Shown piece after piece: positions 31,590 to 42,341 of a stretch of 64,000 nt of DNA. Under the pieces are notes generated by a model. That model was given only the letters and a program-made list of their open reading frames with translations. It searched no databases and was not told where the DNA came from. Positions within the stretch are counted from its first letter, which is position 1. Each line of letters starts with the position of its first letter. This DNA comes from Aureliella sp. (GTDB lineage Bacteria; Planctomycetota; Planctomycetia; Pirellulales; Pirellulaceae), in contig OY829846.1 of assembly GCA_963691875.1 (NCBI GenBank), positions 1,600,001 to 1,664,000 on the forward strand. Reading direction: 5' to 3'. The position numbers were made by a program, and so were the translations under genes.

Positions 31590-32867
31590 ATGCAACCAGA
31601 ACATTCGCAGTCTAGAATGCCCTTGAGACGGATCTGCGATTACTACCTCGCGTCCTTCACCGGCTTTCGACGCGAAGTATGGATTCTTTCCGCGATTACT
31701 TTCGTGAACCGAGCGGGATCCATGGTGATCCCCTTTCTCTCACTGTACCTAACTGCGGACCAGGGTTTCAGTCTTTCGCAAGTTGGTTGGGTGATGTCTT
31801 GCTTCGGTGCAGGAGCCGTTGGTGGTTCTTGGATCGGCGGAAAGCTCACGGATCGATTTGGCTTCTACTGGGTTATGGTACTGTCGCTGTTAGCTTCAGG
31901 CGCAGCGTTTGTCGCATTGCAATGGATTCGAGGCTTTTATCCGTTTTGCATCGCTGTTTTCCTAGCGACTTTGATTGTCGATTCCTTTCGTCCAGCTCTA
32001 TTCGTGTCGATTCGCCACTATGCCAGTCCAGAAAATCGCACTCGAGCCGTAACGTTGGTACGACTGGCAATTAACCTTGGCTTCAGCATGGGACCTGCTA
32101 TCGGTGGACTCATCATCACCTCTTGGTCCTACCACGGCCTTTTCTGGGTGGATGGTCTAAGTTGCCTCGGCGCGTCCGTCCTGATGTTTTTTACGCTGAA
32201 ACCTATCTCAGGAAGCGACGAGCAAGAAGAGCACTCGCGTGCATCGCTACGAAGTCCCTTTACGGACATCCCCTTCTTGTTCGCACTGTTCGCGCAATTG
32301 GTAATCGGGATCGCGTTCCTTCAGTACTTCAGTACGATGCCGATCTTCTACCGACATGTACATCAGCTTGGCGAGGTAACGATTGGATTGATTCTCGGGC
32401 TCAATGGCTTACTCATTTTTCTATTTGAGATGCCACTGATCAAAGCCTGTGAAGATCGCAAAATCGCGGTTTTCACTGTGCTACGATGGAGCAGCTTGCT
32501 GATCGCGGCCAGTTTTGTAACCGTGCTTGTATCCGGGCATACTGCTACACTGTGGATCGGCATGGCAATTTTGACTTTCGGCGAAATGCTCAACTTCCCT
32601 TACATGAATCGCTTCGTTTACGATCGCGCCGACCAAGGTCGTCCGGGTACTTACATGGGAGCGTTCACGAGCACTTGGAGCATCGCGCACGTCTTTGGAC
32701 ACAGCGCCGGATTGAACTTGATCGACCTTGTCGGCTTCGACTTAACTTGGTTTATCTGCGTTGCAATCGTCCTCGTTGGCATCATCTCACTGTCGCTTGC
32801 GGAGAGGCAACTGAAGTCAGAAGAGACAGAAGAAGTGCCTTCAGCGAGCTCCCCGATCACCAACTAG
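31590..32867 (+). CDS. MFS transporter
   Basis: ~12 TM segments, GGKLTDRFG motif A, NLGFSMGPAIGG. Confidence 0.9.
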   Translation: MQPEHSQSRMPLRRICDYYLASFTGFRREVWILSAITFVNRAGSMVIPFLSLYLTADQGFSLSQVGWVMSCFGAGAVGGSWIGGKLTDRFGFYWVMVLSLLASGAAFVALQWIRGFYPFCIAVFLATLIVDSFRPALFVSIRHYASPENRTRAVTLVRLAINLGFSMGPAIGGLIITSWSYHGLFWVDGLSCLGASVLMFFTLKPISGSDEQEEHSRASLRSPFTDIPFLFALFAQLVIGIAFLQYFSTMPIFYRHVHQLGEVTIGLILGLNGLLIFLFEMPLIKACEDRKIAVFTVLRWSSLLIAASFVTVLVSGHTATLWIGMAILTFGEMLNFPYMNRFVYDRADQGRPGTYMGAFTSTWSIAHVFGHSAGLNLIDLVGFDLTWFICVAIVLVGIISLSLAERQLKSEETEEVPSASSPITN

Positions 32868-33132
32868 GCCCCGCACGATTCGAATAGCGCTGTCTATGAA
32901 TCCGTGAATCCGCGATGTACTAGGCTGAAAAAACGAAGTTTCCTCGCAGACGCTTCGGGTTGTGATCTGGACAGAGGAGCCGACTTCGAGTGAGTCCTCG
33001 TCGAGACCGATTAATTCTGTACGAAGCTTCACGGGGAACGAGGAATTAAAGCGACAGTAATTTCTTGCCGCTCGAATTTAGGCATAATGCGTATCTTAAA
33101 TCATTCGACGAATTTTTCCTCGCGAGATAACC

Positions 33133-33981
33133 ATGTGTGATCAGGACCATTTTGAAGAAGACATCAAGAAGTACTCCCGACGTGATTTGGCGTCCTGGGC
33201 GGCTACTGGTGTTGGAGCATCTTTTTTGCTACCACGAGTTGCGAGTGCTGCCGAAGTGGAAGGCATGGACGTCATGATCGAGACGGAAGCAGGCAAGTGC
33301 GACGCGTACTTTGTCACGCCAACGGCAGGCAAGCACGCAGCTGTTTTGATCTGGCCCGACATATTTGGCCTGCGTCCAGCGTTCCGGGAGATGGCTAAGC
33401 GTTTGGCCGAGTCGGGATATAGTGTGCTGGTCGTCAATCCGTTCTATCGCAAGATGAAAGCACCAACGGCATCGAAAGGTGCGAACACTAGCATTCAAGA
33501 AGTGATCCCTCTTTACAAATCATTGACTCCTGAAGTTCAGATCGCGGACGCCAAGTCGTTTGTCGACTGGCTGGACAAGCAGGAACAAGTCGACACCAGC
33601 AAGAAGATTGGAACGACTGGCTATTGCATGGGAGGTCCGATTGTGATGCGAACGGCAGCGACTCGTCCCGATCGTATTGGTGCGGCTGGGTCCTTTCACG
33701 GAGGTGGTTTGGCGACCGACAAGGATGACAGCCCGCATTTATCGATTCCTAAGATGAAGGCACAGTTCTTGATCGCCATCGCTGAAAATGATGATGAGCG
33801 TGATCCTGACACCAAGGACACTTTGAAGAAATCTTTTGCTAATGCGAACTTGAAGGCAGAAATTGAAGTCTACCCTGCTGGACACGGTTGGTGCCCACCT
33901 GACACTCGGGTGTACAACAAAGAGCAGTCGGAAAGAGCTTGGAAACGTATGCTAGTGCTTTTCAAGAAGGCACTGGCGTAG
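33133..33981 (+). CDS. Dienelactone hydrolase family protein (Tat-like signal)
   Basis: PDIFGLRP, GYCMGG nucleophile, HGWC; N-terminal SRRD. Confidence 0.9.
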   Translation: MCDQDHFEEDIKKYSRRDLASWAATGVGASFLLPRVASAAEVEGMDVMIETEAGKCDAYFVTPTAGKHAAVLIWPDIFGLRPAFREMAKRLAESGYSVLVVNPFYRKMKAPTASKGANTSIQEVIPLYKSLTPEVQIADAKSFVDWLDKQEQVDTSKKIGTTGYCMGGPIVMRTAATRPDRIGAAGSFHGGGLATDKDDSPHLSIPKMKAQFLIAIAENDDERDPDTKDTLKKSFANANLKAEIEVYPAGHGWCPPDTRVYNKEQSERAWKRMLVLFKKALA

Positions 33982-34131
33982 GCTGAGGGCTATTTAGGCG
34001 TTCGTTCGTCCCGCGTTGCGGAAACGGTGCGTGCCCAGCCCGGGTGACCGGACAGAAACGAAGTGCTGTTGATTGATATTGAGCTGCGGAGCCTCATCTG
34101 CTTGCACTAAAACTGCGAAAACCGATCATGG

Positions 34132-34772
34132 ATGGGACCGCTTTTGCTATTTTTCGCAAGCCCGGAGTCCTTCTACTTGGACTGTCATTTTCGCTTTCAA
34201 TTTGGCCGTTGTTCTAGCACTATCGTCCTCCAGCGCTGCGCGTCAACAAACCTCTTGTGGCCCTGTTCCCGCCTATCACCGATTGCATTGTTCGAGGCTT
34301 CGTTGGATGGGCTACCAGTGGATCATTGCTCTCGCCTTGAGCGTGCTGATGATTTTCGAGATCGCAATTGCCCTCTTGTTTGGCATGCCGAGATTCCACC
34401 TGCAGTTTCGGCCGTCATCGCGTTGATTGGCGGCAGCTATGTTTCTCTGTTTTACATTGCTGACCGAACCTCAAGAACGGACCCAAATTACGAAAGGAAT
34501 CCCTCGGAACAGGCAATGCCCCGGGGAAGACATCAAATTCGACGATGTTTAGCTTCTGGAATTTATCGACCTGGGATGGGGCTCAAAGTGCGATCTATCC
34601 ATACCTGCACCAGTATCGAGGAATCGATTATCGGTCGCGAAAGAGTTTTTATTCGCTCTTAGAACTTGTGTTGAGCGATTGGCGCTGGCTTGGGTCATCA
34701 GACCGTTCTTCCCAGCTAACCGAAAGCGACGAAATCGCGAACGAGAACCAGTCGTTTTGGTCGCTTCACTGA
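34132..34772 (+). pseudogene. Degraded membrane-protein gene
   Basis: Hydrophobic segments alternate between overlapping ORFs 34073, 34132 and 34545. Confidence 0.35.
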
Positions 34773-34971
34773 ATTTCGTAACAAGGCAATGAGCAAAAGC
34801 AGCTACCCTGCTCGCTCTGTTATCTGCGACCATTCGTTAGCATGGAAGACTTGGAATTTGGCGAGCAGAACTTCAATCCAAAATCGCAAGCTAGCTGAAC
34901 AAAAAAGAAAAGCGGTGAAGGTATCTCCACCGCTTAGAGATCTGATCAATCTGCTAAAAGCTTGGTCGCGA

Positions 34972-35640
34972 TTAGATTATCCCAGCACCAACGACTTCGA
35001 ACAGCATGCGATGCGGTTCTTTGTGAGTGTTCGCATCGCTAACCGTCACACTTGGAAGCTCAGACTTCAGAACCGCTACATCAGCGGGAGTCAACTGCTG
35101 AAGATCCAGTCGCAGTTCTCTCAGCTGATGTGCCTCTCGCAGCTTTAGCAAGCCATAGACGGAGAACTGGCTACCAGCCAAACTCAAGTAACGGAGATCC
35201 GGGAGTTGACTAATTAATTGCAATGTTTTGTCGGTTGCGCGATCAGAGGCAAGATTCAGTTGACGCAAACGCGGGAGATTACAGAGCACTTTGAGGTCGT
35301 TATCCGCAACATCATTTTCAGTGATCCTTACGCTTGACACGTATGAAACCAGTGCGTTGCCGAGATACTTCGCGAGTACGCGTCGTGCGACACTGGGCTT
35401 CTCGCCCGATTTCCGATCGAAGGTCGCGTGTTTCCAAGCATAGCTTGCATCGATGTCTTGAAGTTGCTTCTCCGTTTCGGCCATATTGTGAACTCGTTGC
35501 CAAGCGTACCCTGAGAATGCTGCTGAAACCGCTACCACGAGTCCGAGTGCTATAAGGACTCTCTCCCAAGGAAGCCTCGTTACCCAATTTCCACGAATCA
35601 TAGTACCCTGACGACGTATTTTCCCTGTTCGTTTCGACAT
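34972..35640 (-). CDS. Membrane-anchored leucine-rich-repeat protein
   Basis: TM helix followed by LxxLxxLxLx repeats (LPRLRQLNL, LPDLRYLSL, LRELRL); GGAG RBS before ATG 35640. Confidence 0.7.
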   Translation of the reverse strand: MSKRTGKIRRQGTMIRGNWVTRLPWERVLIALGLVVAVSAAFSGYAWQRVHNMAETEKQLQDIDASYAWKHATFDRKSGEKPSVARRVLAKYLGNALVSYVSSVRITENDVADNDLKVLCNLPRLRQLNLASDRATDKTLQLISQLPDLRYLSLAGSQFSVYGLLKLREAHQLRELRLDLQQLTPADVAVLKSELPSVTVSDANTHKEPHRMLFEVVGAGII

Positions 35641-36691
35641 GGTATTCTCCCCACCACTCAAAGAAATGTTCTCGCTACACTGGCGTTGAACCGCCAGCTG
35701 AGAGCCGTTCCCCCAAACTGCTCTCACAATCAATTCGTTACTGCATTTGATTCCTTGTTGCCAAAAGCACAAAAACTTTGCGCTCTTTCGCCACTCGTTT
35801 TGATCTAGGTGATGAATTCCCAAAATCTCAGACTAGGAAATGATGCGTAACCAGCTCTGAACTTCGCAAGAATCTGCTCCATCTTGGGCCTTTCGTAGAT
35901 TCTTCATAAAAAAAAGGCTCGGAATCAAGCAGACTTTGGTGCAAAACTCTGCAAATTCCAAGGCCTGATATCTGGAGGGCGGTTTGCCTTCCCCCAGCCG
36001 AGAATCGTTTCCCCGAGAGTAGCTGGACTCGCTACTTGTCATTATAAAAAACGACTGAGGCGGGTTCGCTAACGATCTTCGCGCTCAGCCCATCACGCTT
36101 CGTCCGATAGCGCTCGAGTGCCGCCTAGTACCGCGTCGCCTTGAATATTCCGCTTGAGCCGATGGCGATTCCTGCGACTGCGATCAGAAAATAAATTTTT
36201 GGAGCTGGGTGGGTCCGTAGCTTGTCAAACCACAGTACGTGACAAACAGCCCAAAGCCAAAGGGCAAGGCTCCTTGAAGCAGAGCAGTGCCACTAGAAGC
36301 TTCTTGAGTGCGATTTTTAGTGTGAATCAAATACTGTTCTCGCTACTTCTCGCATGCTTGATCTAACATCTGCAAATCATTTGAAGCTTCAGTCGATCTA
36401 CTCGATGCGCGAGTTTTATGGTGCTGACATCGAGTCTTACAACCGCCTGGGTTAGAACCACACCCTCTGATCGAGTCACTTTCAGATTGCTTTCGCACTG
36501 GGTGCATTTAACGCCACAAACATTGCAACAAAGAAATTCCAGCATGAGTTCATCCCACAAACAAAATCATTGCATCCGAGAAATGGCAGCTCTCATGGAT
36601 TGACTGGGCGCGATCGGCTGGCTCTCCCTGATCAACGAGCGAAACGCCAGACAGTTTACGGCGATAAGGCTCGCCGTGAATCAGCAGAACA

Positions 36692-37588
36692 TTAGTTCCG
36701 CAAAGATTCATCCAAGAACTGCAACACCGACTTGCTGTACGTTTCCGGATCGAAACGAAAGAGGTCTTCGTGGCGGGCGCCTTCAAGAAGGAGCCATTGT
36801 TTTGGCTCTTTAGCGTGCTCGAAAAGTTTGCGACTCTCCTCGACGGTGCAGCGTTGATCGACATCGCCGGCTAAAATCAAAACAGGACACTGCAGCGACG
36901 CGATATGATCCAGCGGCCGCAGCTTCCTTACGGAAATACCAAGACGCGGTCTGAACTGTAGCCACAGCAGGGGAGCCAGAGCATGGTGTAAAAAACCAAG
37001 TCGCATTTGTACGCGATTGTGCACCGCTCTAATGAAAGTAGGAAACACGGACTCGAGGATCATTGCGTCGACATCGACTTCGGCGAGCAACGCCGATGCT
37101 CCCCCGAGAGACCAGCCAATGATTCCAATCTTCTGCCCAGGTGTACGAGCCCGAAGGAAACGCACGGCAGCTTGGACATCCAAACGCTCAAGGTGTCCCA
37201 TAGTAATGTGCTCGCCGGGCGACTCGCCGTGAGCTTGTAAATCGACGAGTAGTGTCGAGTAGCTGTGCTGACGCAGCATAAGTGCTCGCTCGACCATCGA
37301 CTTGCGACTACCGCGAATCGGATGCAGAAGGATAATCGTTGCCGTTGAGTTCGCCTGTTGTGAGTACCAAGCGGCAATCTGCTTGCCAGACTCCGAGGCT
37401 ATCGTGAGCTGTTCGGCAGAAAGTTCAGCTGGAGGCAGGCCAATCGGGCGATTTGCTGCATGAGTCGCCTCCGTTCCTGCAATCCAAGCCGCCACAAGCA
37501 AAACGGCTGAAGCGAATACGAATCCGCCAACGAGAACTCGGCGGATTCCACGTCTGCGATTGCGTCGAGGGGCTTCTGCGGCCATCAC
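36692..37588 (-). CDS. Alpha/beta hydrolase with N-terminal anchor
   Basis: DLQAHGES, GWSLGG, AGDVD, GARH. Confidence 0.85.
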   Translation of the reverse strand: MMAAEAPRRNRRRGIRRVLVGGFVFASAVLLVAAWIAGTEATHAANRPIGLPPAELSAEQLTIASESGKQIAAWYSQQANSTATIILLHPIRGSRKSMVERALMLRQHSYSTLLVDLQAHGESPGEHITMGHLERLDVQAAVRFLRARTPGQKIGIIGWSLGGASALLAEVDVDAMILESVFPTFIRAVHNRVQMRLGFLHHALAPLLWLQFRPRLGISVRKLRPLDHIASLQCPVLILAGDVDQRCTVEESRKLFEHAKEPKQWLLLEGARHEDLFRFDPETYSKSVLQFLDESLRN

Positions 37589-38073
37589 AAGTACATTCCA
37601 ACAAAGCCGCCGCTTTCATCGGCTTGCTTCTGTAGCTCTTCAACTCGCTCCTGCGTCTTGCTCAAATCCCCCGCAGCGATAAAACGCTCGAAGTCCACCA
37701 AGACGGCTCGACGTACCGCTTCTTGCATCCAGTCCACGACGCCTTGATTGATCCAGCTACAAGTTTCCTGCGCGAGCGAGATGGCGAGGTCACATCCCTT
37801 GGCGGTGACGTCCTGCTCGTCCGTAAATATGACGCCTTCGAATGAGAAGCTTAGCATGCCGTCAGTTGCCGAATTCGTCAGATGAAAAACACAACTCGCA
37901 TTGTGGAGATAGTAAGTATTGTGCACTCCGTGTTTCTCGACAGCCTGACGAACGCGAAGCATTTTTTCAGCGAGCTTCGGAGATGCATCATCTGGCACGT
38001 CAAACCGAGTCACACTGCGGAGTGGTAAACAGTCAAAACTTATCTCTACCCATTTCCCACAGTCTGCCGTCAT
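37585..38073 (-). CDS. Conserved planctomycete hypothetical protein
   Basis: WVEISFDCLPLRS...GGFVGMYL pattern; 4-nt overlap with the downstream hydrolase. Confidence 0.7.
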   Translation of the reverse strand: MTADCGKWVEISFDCLPLRSVTRFDVPDDASPKLAEKMLRVRQAVEKHGVHNTYYLHNASCVFHLTNSATDGMLSFSFEGVIFTDEQDVTAKGCDLAISLAQETCSWINQGVVDWMQEAVRRAVLVDFERFIAAGDLSKTQERVEELQKQADESGGFVGMYL

Positions 38074-38325
38074 GAAAATTCACTCCAAATGCGATTCTTG
38101 AAGAAAGATACTTTAGAGCCACTGCGGCTAGAGTCCTAGTTCAAATTACTTGTCAGATAACCGACGCCTGTCGGGCCGATCGTCGTCCGAGATCAAGAAC
38201 GATTACTCTCGGCAGTGTAGAATTTTAGAGGTTTCTCGCGAAGTCTTTTTTGCTGCAAAGTTCAAAGCGGATTCTTTTTTGCGAGACCTGTTTCCTGATA
38301 TGTCTTGGCCGCGAGTTGATTTCCT

Positions 38326-39852
38326 TTGTCGCCTAACGCCACAGCTTCATGGACAGAAGTGCTTCACTCTGTCACCAATTCGCTCTGCGTAGTCATTTTG
38401 GCCCTCGCTATAGCGATGCCAGTCGGTATCCTGCTAGCTACGCTGCTGCTGCGAAGCAACATATGGGGCCGAAAGATCCTTTGGATTGCACTTGGCAGTC
38501 AGGTCGCATTGCCACTCTATGTTTTTGCGGGCGGCTGGAGTGCTGGTTTCGGTTTTCAAGGTTGGATCACGTCGACCGGAATTAGACTCACCGACTTTTT
38601 CGGCAATTCAGAAGCGGGCAGCCGGGGTGCTCTGTTTGCCGTCGCAACCGTTCATGCCTTTTCTGCGGTTCCCTGGGTCGCCTTTTTTTACTCCATCGGC
38701 TTGCGCTGGGTACGGCGGAGTGAGGAAGAGCAAGCCATTTTGGACGGTGGAGCCACGGCGGTCTTTCGCTTCCTACTCGCGAGAAATCGACTTTGGACCG
38801 CGATCGCGGCCATGGCATGTATTGTGCCCATCATGACGGAGATGGTGGTTAGCAATCTGTTCCAGTTGCCAACAATTGCGGAGCTAATCTACTTGGATGC
38901 AACGCTAGGAGCCATTCGTCCACAGACTTACTTGAGTGGTTTTTTTCTCAGCACCCTGCCACTCCTAATTGTTGGCATAATATTGTTCTGGCGACTTCCT
39001 AGCTGGGAGGCCGTCAATGCTCGTGAAAGTCACTTTGTAGCGCAGCCTATTGATTTGGGCGGCTGGCGTCCCCTGTGGAGCATAGTGTCTTGCGGATTGG
39101 TGCTTTTGCTAGTTGGACTTCCGCTATTTAGCTTGGTGGCAAAAGCAGGCTGGACTGTCGTGACCGAAGATGGCGTCACTCACTATGGCTGGACATTTAG
39201 CCGGCTTGCCGTCACAGCGAGGGAATCGTTCGCCCTGCGTAGCTCGGAGTTCTATTGGAGCTTTCTGCTGGGCATCGTTTCCACGGTAGTCGCACTTGCC
39301 ATCGCGGTTAGCGTTTTCGCACTCGTTCCAAGGCGAGTACGTCCTGTTTTCAGCTTGCTTGTGATCGCGATGCTCGCCGTTCCAGGACCTCTTGTTGGCC
39401 TTTCAATCATCTGGCTGCTCAATCGAGCTGAGCCCGCATGGTTGGGATATCTTTACGACTACACCATCACGGCTCCAATCTTGGCTCAGCAATTCAGAAT
39501 GCTTCCTTACGCTTGGTTTTTGACGTGCGCAACCATGGCATCGGTCAACCGGCGTAGCTGGGAACTGGCTCAACTTGACGGCCTAAGCCCGTGGCAAAAA
39601 TGGACTCAAATACTGTTCCCGCAGACTGGCTATCGCTGGCTGTCGGCAGTTTTACTGTTGATCGTGCTTAGCATCGGCGAGCTTAGTTGTTCGATCCTGG
39701 TACTGCCACCCGCTGTGACGACCGTTTCGATGAAACTGTTTGAGTTTTTGCATTTCGGCACGCGACATCAGGACTCCGGTCTTTGTCTCGTCCTGGTGCT
39801 ACTCGGCTGGGGCGTTTCATTCGTTTTCTGGAAAACTCTAACCGACCGATAA
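38326..39852 (+). CDS. Fe3+/thiamine-type ABC transporter permease (two-domain)
   Basis: Multiple TM segments; two EAA-like loops (EEQAILDG, WELAQLDG); GELSCSILV. Confidence 0.8.
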   Translation: MSPNATASWTEVLHSVTNSLCVVILALAIAMPVGILLATLLLRSNIWGRKILWIALGSQVALPLYVFAGGWSAGFGFQGWITSTGIRLTDFFGNSEAGSRGALFAVATVHAFSAVPWVAFFYSIGLRWVRRSEEEQAILDGGATAVFRFLLARNRLWTAIAAMACIVPIMTEMVVSNLFQLPTIAELIYLDATLGAIRPQTYLSGFFLSTLPLLIVGIILFWRLPSWEAVNARESHFVAQPIDLGGWRPLWSIVSCGLVLLLVGLPLFSLVAKAGWTVVTEDGVTHYGWTFSRLAVTARESFALRSSEFYWSFLLGIVSTVVALAIAVSVFALVPRRVRPVFSLLVIAMLAVPGPLVGLSIIWLLNRAEPAWLGYLYDYTITAPILAQQFRMLPYAWFLTCATMASVNRRSWELAQLDGLSPWQKWTQILFPQTGYRWLSAVLLLIVLSIGELSCSILVLPPAVTTVSMKLFEFLHFGTRHQDSGLCLVLVLLGWGVSFVFWKTLTDR

Positions 39853-40748
39853 GTTTCTCGTGCCGCTGGTTTCAAGATGGCGACAAGCTGACCGGACGGA
39901 TCAACGGCCACCCAGCGATTCAGTGGTCCTGCGGAGTCGCCATTGCTCCGGCGGGTCTCTGCTTTGCACTTCGGCGAAATCTCAAAGTGCGATGAGCCGA
40001 CCGCGATTCCATTCCGTATGAGCCCTGCGCCTTCCTCGCTCAGCGTACACTGAGGCAATTCATCGACCAAATTCAGCGGCGAAAGCATGGCATTCTGAAC
40101 ATCCGATTTTGACCGAACAGAGTTTAGTTCGACGCACTGCTCCAAAGAAACAGATCCAATGCGCTTACGCACTAGCTCAGTCATCACAGCGTCTGTCCCA
40201 AGTGCTTTCGCAATATCACTTCCTAGAGTGCGAATGTAGGTTCCGGTGCTGCATGCGATTCTGAGTTTCATGACTGGAAACTGAAAGGACTCGACCATAA
40301 GCGCATGGATAATCACGCGTCGTTTAGGGACGTCAAAGTCTTTCCCCTCGCGGGCTAAGTCGTAGGCTCGCCGTCCGTGAATATGGATCGCAGAATACTT
40401 CGGAGGAATTTGATCGATCACCCCTCTGAACAGCTGGCAAGCACTTTTCAGCTGTTCCAGAGTCAACTCGGGGCACTCCACGGGCTGCAGCTCGCCCTCG
40501 ATATCGAGAGTGTCGCTGGTCTTGCCCAGTTCAAAAGTCCCAATGTATTCCTTACCGGCTAAGTGCGAGAACTCGGTCAGGCGAGTAGCCTGCCCAATTG
40601 CGACCAGCAAAACTCCTGTGGCCAGCGGATCAAGAGTGCCCGTGTGCCCAAGTTTGATCTTCATGGGGCGAAGCGTACGCTGGACATGATTCACTACGTC
40701 TCGGCTACTTTTTCCCGCCGGTTTATCAATCGCTAATACGCCAATCAT
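39768..40748 (-). CDS. truB: tRNA pseudouridine(55) synthase TruB
   Basis: IDKPAGKSS, GHTGTLDPLATGVL, QIPPKYSA, CSTGTYIRTL. Confidence 0.95.
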   Translation of the reverse strand: MIGVLAIDKPAGKSSRDVVNHVQRTLRPMKIKLGHTGTLDPLATGVLLVAIGQATRLTEFSHLAGKEYIGTFELGKTSDTLDIEGELQPVECPELTLEQLKSACQLFRGVIDQIPPKYSAIHIHGRRAYDLAREGKDFDVPKRRVIIHALMVESFQFPVMKLRIACSTGTYIRTLGSDIAKALGTDAVMTELVRKRIGSVSLEQCVELNSVRSKSDVQNAMLSPLNLVDELPQCTLSEEGAGLIRNGIAVGSSHFEISPKCKAETRRSNGDSAGPLNRWVAVDPSGQLVAILKPAARETYRSVRVFQKTNETPQPSSTRTRQRPES

Positions 40749-40905
40749 GGCAAGAACAGTTCCTTTTGCAAAATCTCAGACTGGCAGAATTATGGTCGAA
40801 TTGCTGCGAAAGACGAGGTGCCTACAATGGAGGGGGCATTTCGACCAAAATCCTCGTTCGGAGTTCCGACGAGCTGACAAGCCAGAAGCTGCTCCCACGC
40901 TGTGA

Positions 40906-40990
40906 CTGAAACTCTAGCGAATTCGACAACAGCGGAATTCTGGCGAATCCCAGTACCGCGGAATTCTGGCGAATCCCAGTACCGCGGAAT
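40906..40990. repeat. 26-bp tandem repeat (REP-like)
   Basis: GCGGAATTCTGGCGAATCCCAGTACC exact at 40932-40957 and 40958-40983; partial copy at 40984-40990; degenerate in-register copy at 40906-40931. Confidence 0.9.
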
Positions 40991-41033
40991 GCAGTAGTCC
41001 CGCAAGGCAAACAATTGATCGATAAGTATTCAC

Positions 41034-42341
41034 GTGGATCTAAGTTGGGAAATTGACGGATGGATCATTGTGGCAGGAGCGTTCTGCGCTGCTTCTGCCG
41101 CGTTGCTCGGCAATTTCTTGGTTCTGCGGCGCATGAGCTTGATGGGCGATGCGATTAGTCATGCGATTCTGCCAGGCCTAGCTGCTGCGTTCCTGATTAG
41201 CGGCGAGCGACAAGGGATCGTGATGTTCCTTGGTGCGGCGGGTGTTGGTGTACTAACAGTTTTGTTGACCGAGCTTGCTCGCCAGTATGGAAGAGTCGAT
41301 GAAGGTGCTTCCATCGGAGTCGTGTTTACCTTTCTGTTTGCACTCGGTCTCTTGATGATCGTGCGCGCCGCGGACCATGTGGACTTGGATCCAGACTGCG
41401 TTCTATTCGGTGCTCTAGAAACCTCTATTTTGGACAGAACGGATGTGTTGGGGGTCGCCATACCACGCGTCGTGATTTCGCTCGGCGTCGTTTTGTTGCT
41501 GAATCTGATTTTTGTTGTCACCCTGCTCCGCCCTTTGGCCGTGAGCACTTTTGATCCTCAGTTGGCGCGATCGCAAGGCATTCCAGTTACCTTGCTGCAC
41601 TACCTGCTCGCCGCATTTGTCGCGGTGACAGCTGTCGCTTCATTCGAATCGGTGGGCAACATTTTGGTTGTCGCAATGTTCGTCGTTCCGCCGGTCGCAG
41701 CTTGGTTGTGGACCGATCGATTGGTGGTCATGGTAGTGCTCAGCGTTGTCATGGGAGTTGCCTCTGCCATCCTGGGACATTTGTCAGCAATCGCTGTTCC
41801 TGGTTGGTTTGGCTACGGTTCGACGAGCACGGCTGGGATGATATCGGTGGCCTCCGGTGCAATGTTGCTGATCGCCGCAATGCTTGCACCGCGCAAAGGA
41901 ATCTTTTCGCGATTCTTCCGCAGTATTCAGCTCGCACTCACGATTCTCGGCGAAGACGTTCTAGCGGCGCTTTATCGTTCAGAGCAACGCGGGGCGGAAA
42001 CGATGTCACGGCGATCGTTACGTACACGACTGGCAGTGCCCGCAATAAGAGCTTCTTGGGTATTGCGCTGGCTTCGCTGGCGCGGTTTGGTAACGCTTCA
42101 AGGCGACGAGTTTACTTTGGCCGAGGATGGACGGAAGCAGGCCCAGAATATCGTGCGATCTCACCGACTATGGGAACAGTATTTAGCATCCGAAGCTGGT
42201 ACTGAGATGCAATTGTTGCACGAGGGCGCGGAGCAGTTCGAGCACTTTACCAGTCGTGAGCTCCGGCAGCGTTTGTTGCAGGAAACCAATGCACCAGACG
42301 TTGATCCACACGGTGCTCCGATACCGCCCGAGGCCAAGTAG
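41034..42341 (+). CDS. Mn/Zn ABC-3 permease fused to a C-terminal DtxR/MntR-like domain
   Basis: LMGDAISHAILPG, STFDP, FESVGNILVVAM; C-terminal VRSHRLWEQYL...HEGAEQFEH...DPHGAPIP. Confidence 0.88.
   Translation: MDLSWEIDGWIIVAGAFCAASAALLGNFLVLRRMSLMGDAISHAILPGLAAAFLISGERQGIVMFLGAAGVGVLTVLLTELARQYGRVDEGASIGVVFTFLFALGLLMIVRAADHVDLDPDCVLFGALETSILDRTDVLGVAIPRVVISLGVVLLLNLIFVVTLLRPLAVSTFDPQLARSQGIPVTLLHYLLAAFVAVTAVASFESVGNILVVAMFVVPPVAAWLWTDRLVVMVVLSVVMGVASAILGHLSAIAVPGWFGYGSTSTAGMISVASGAMLLIAAMLAPRKGIFSRFFRSIQLALTILGEDVLAALYRSEQRGAETMSRRSLRTRLAVPAIRASWVLRWLRWRGLVTLQGDEFTLAEDGRKQAQNIVRSHRLWEQYLASEAGTEMQLLHEGAEQFEHFTSRELRQRLLQETNAPDVDPHGAPIPPEAK

Noticed and set aside
36363..36560. Cys-rich 65-aa ORF (Trm112-like?)
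   Set aside because: Weak resemblance only, GTG start, no convincing RBS
40906..40990. Possible mini-CRISPR array
   Set aside because: The repeats are contiguous with no spacers and there are no cas genes
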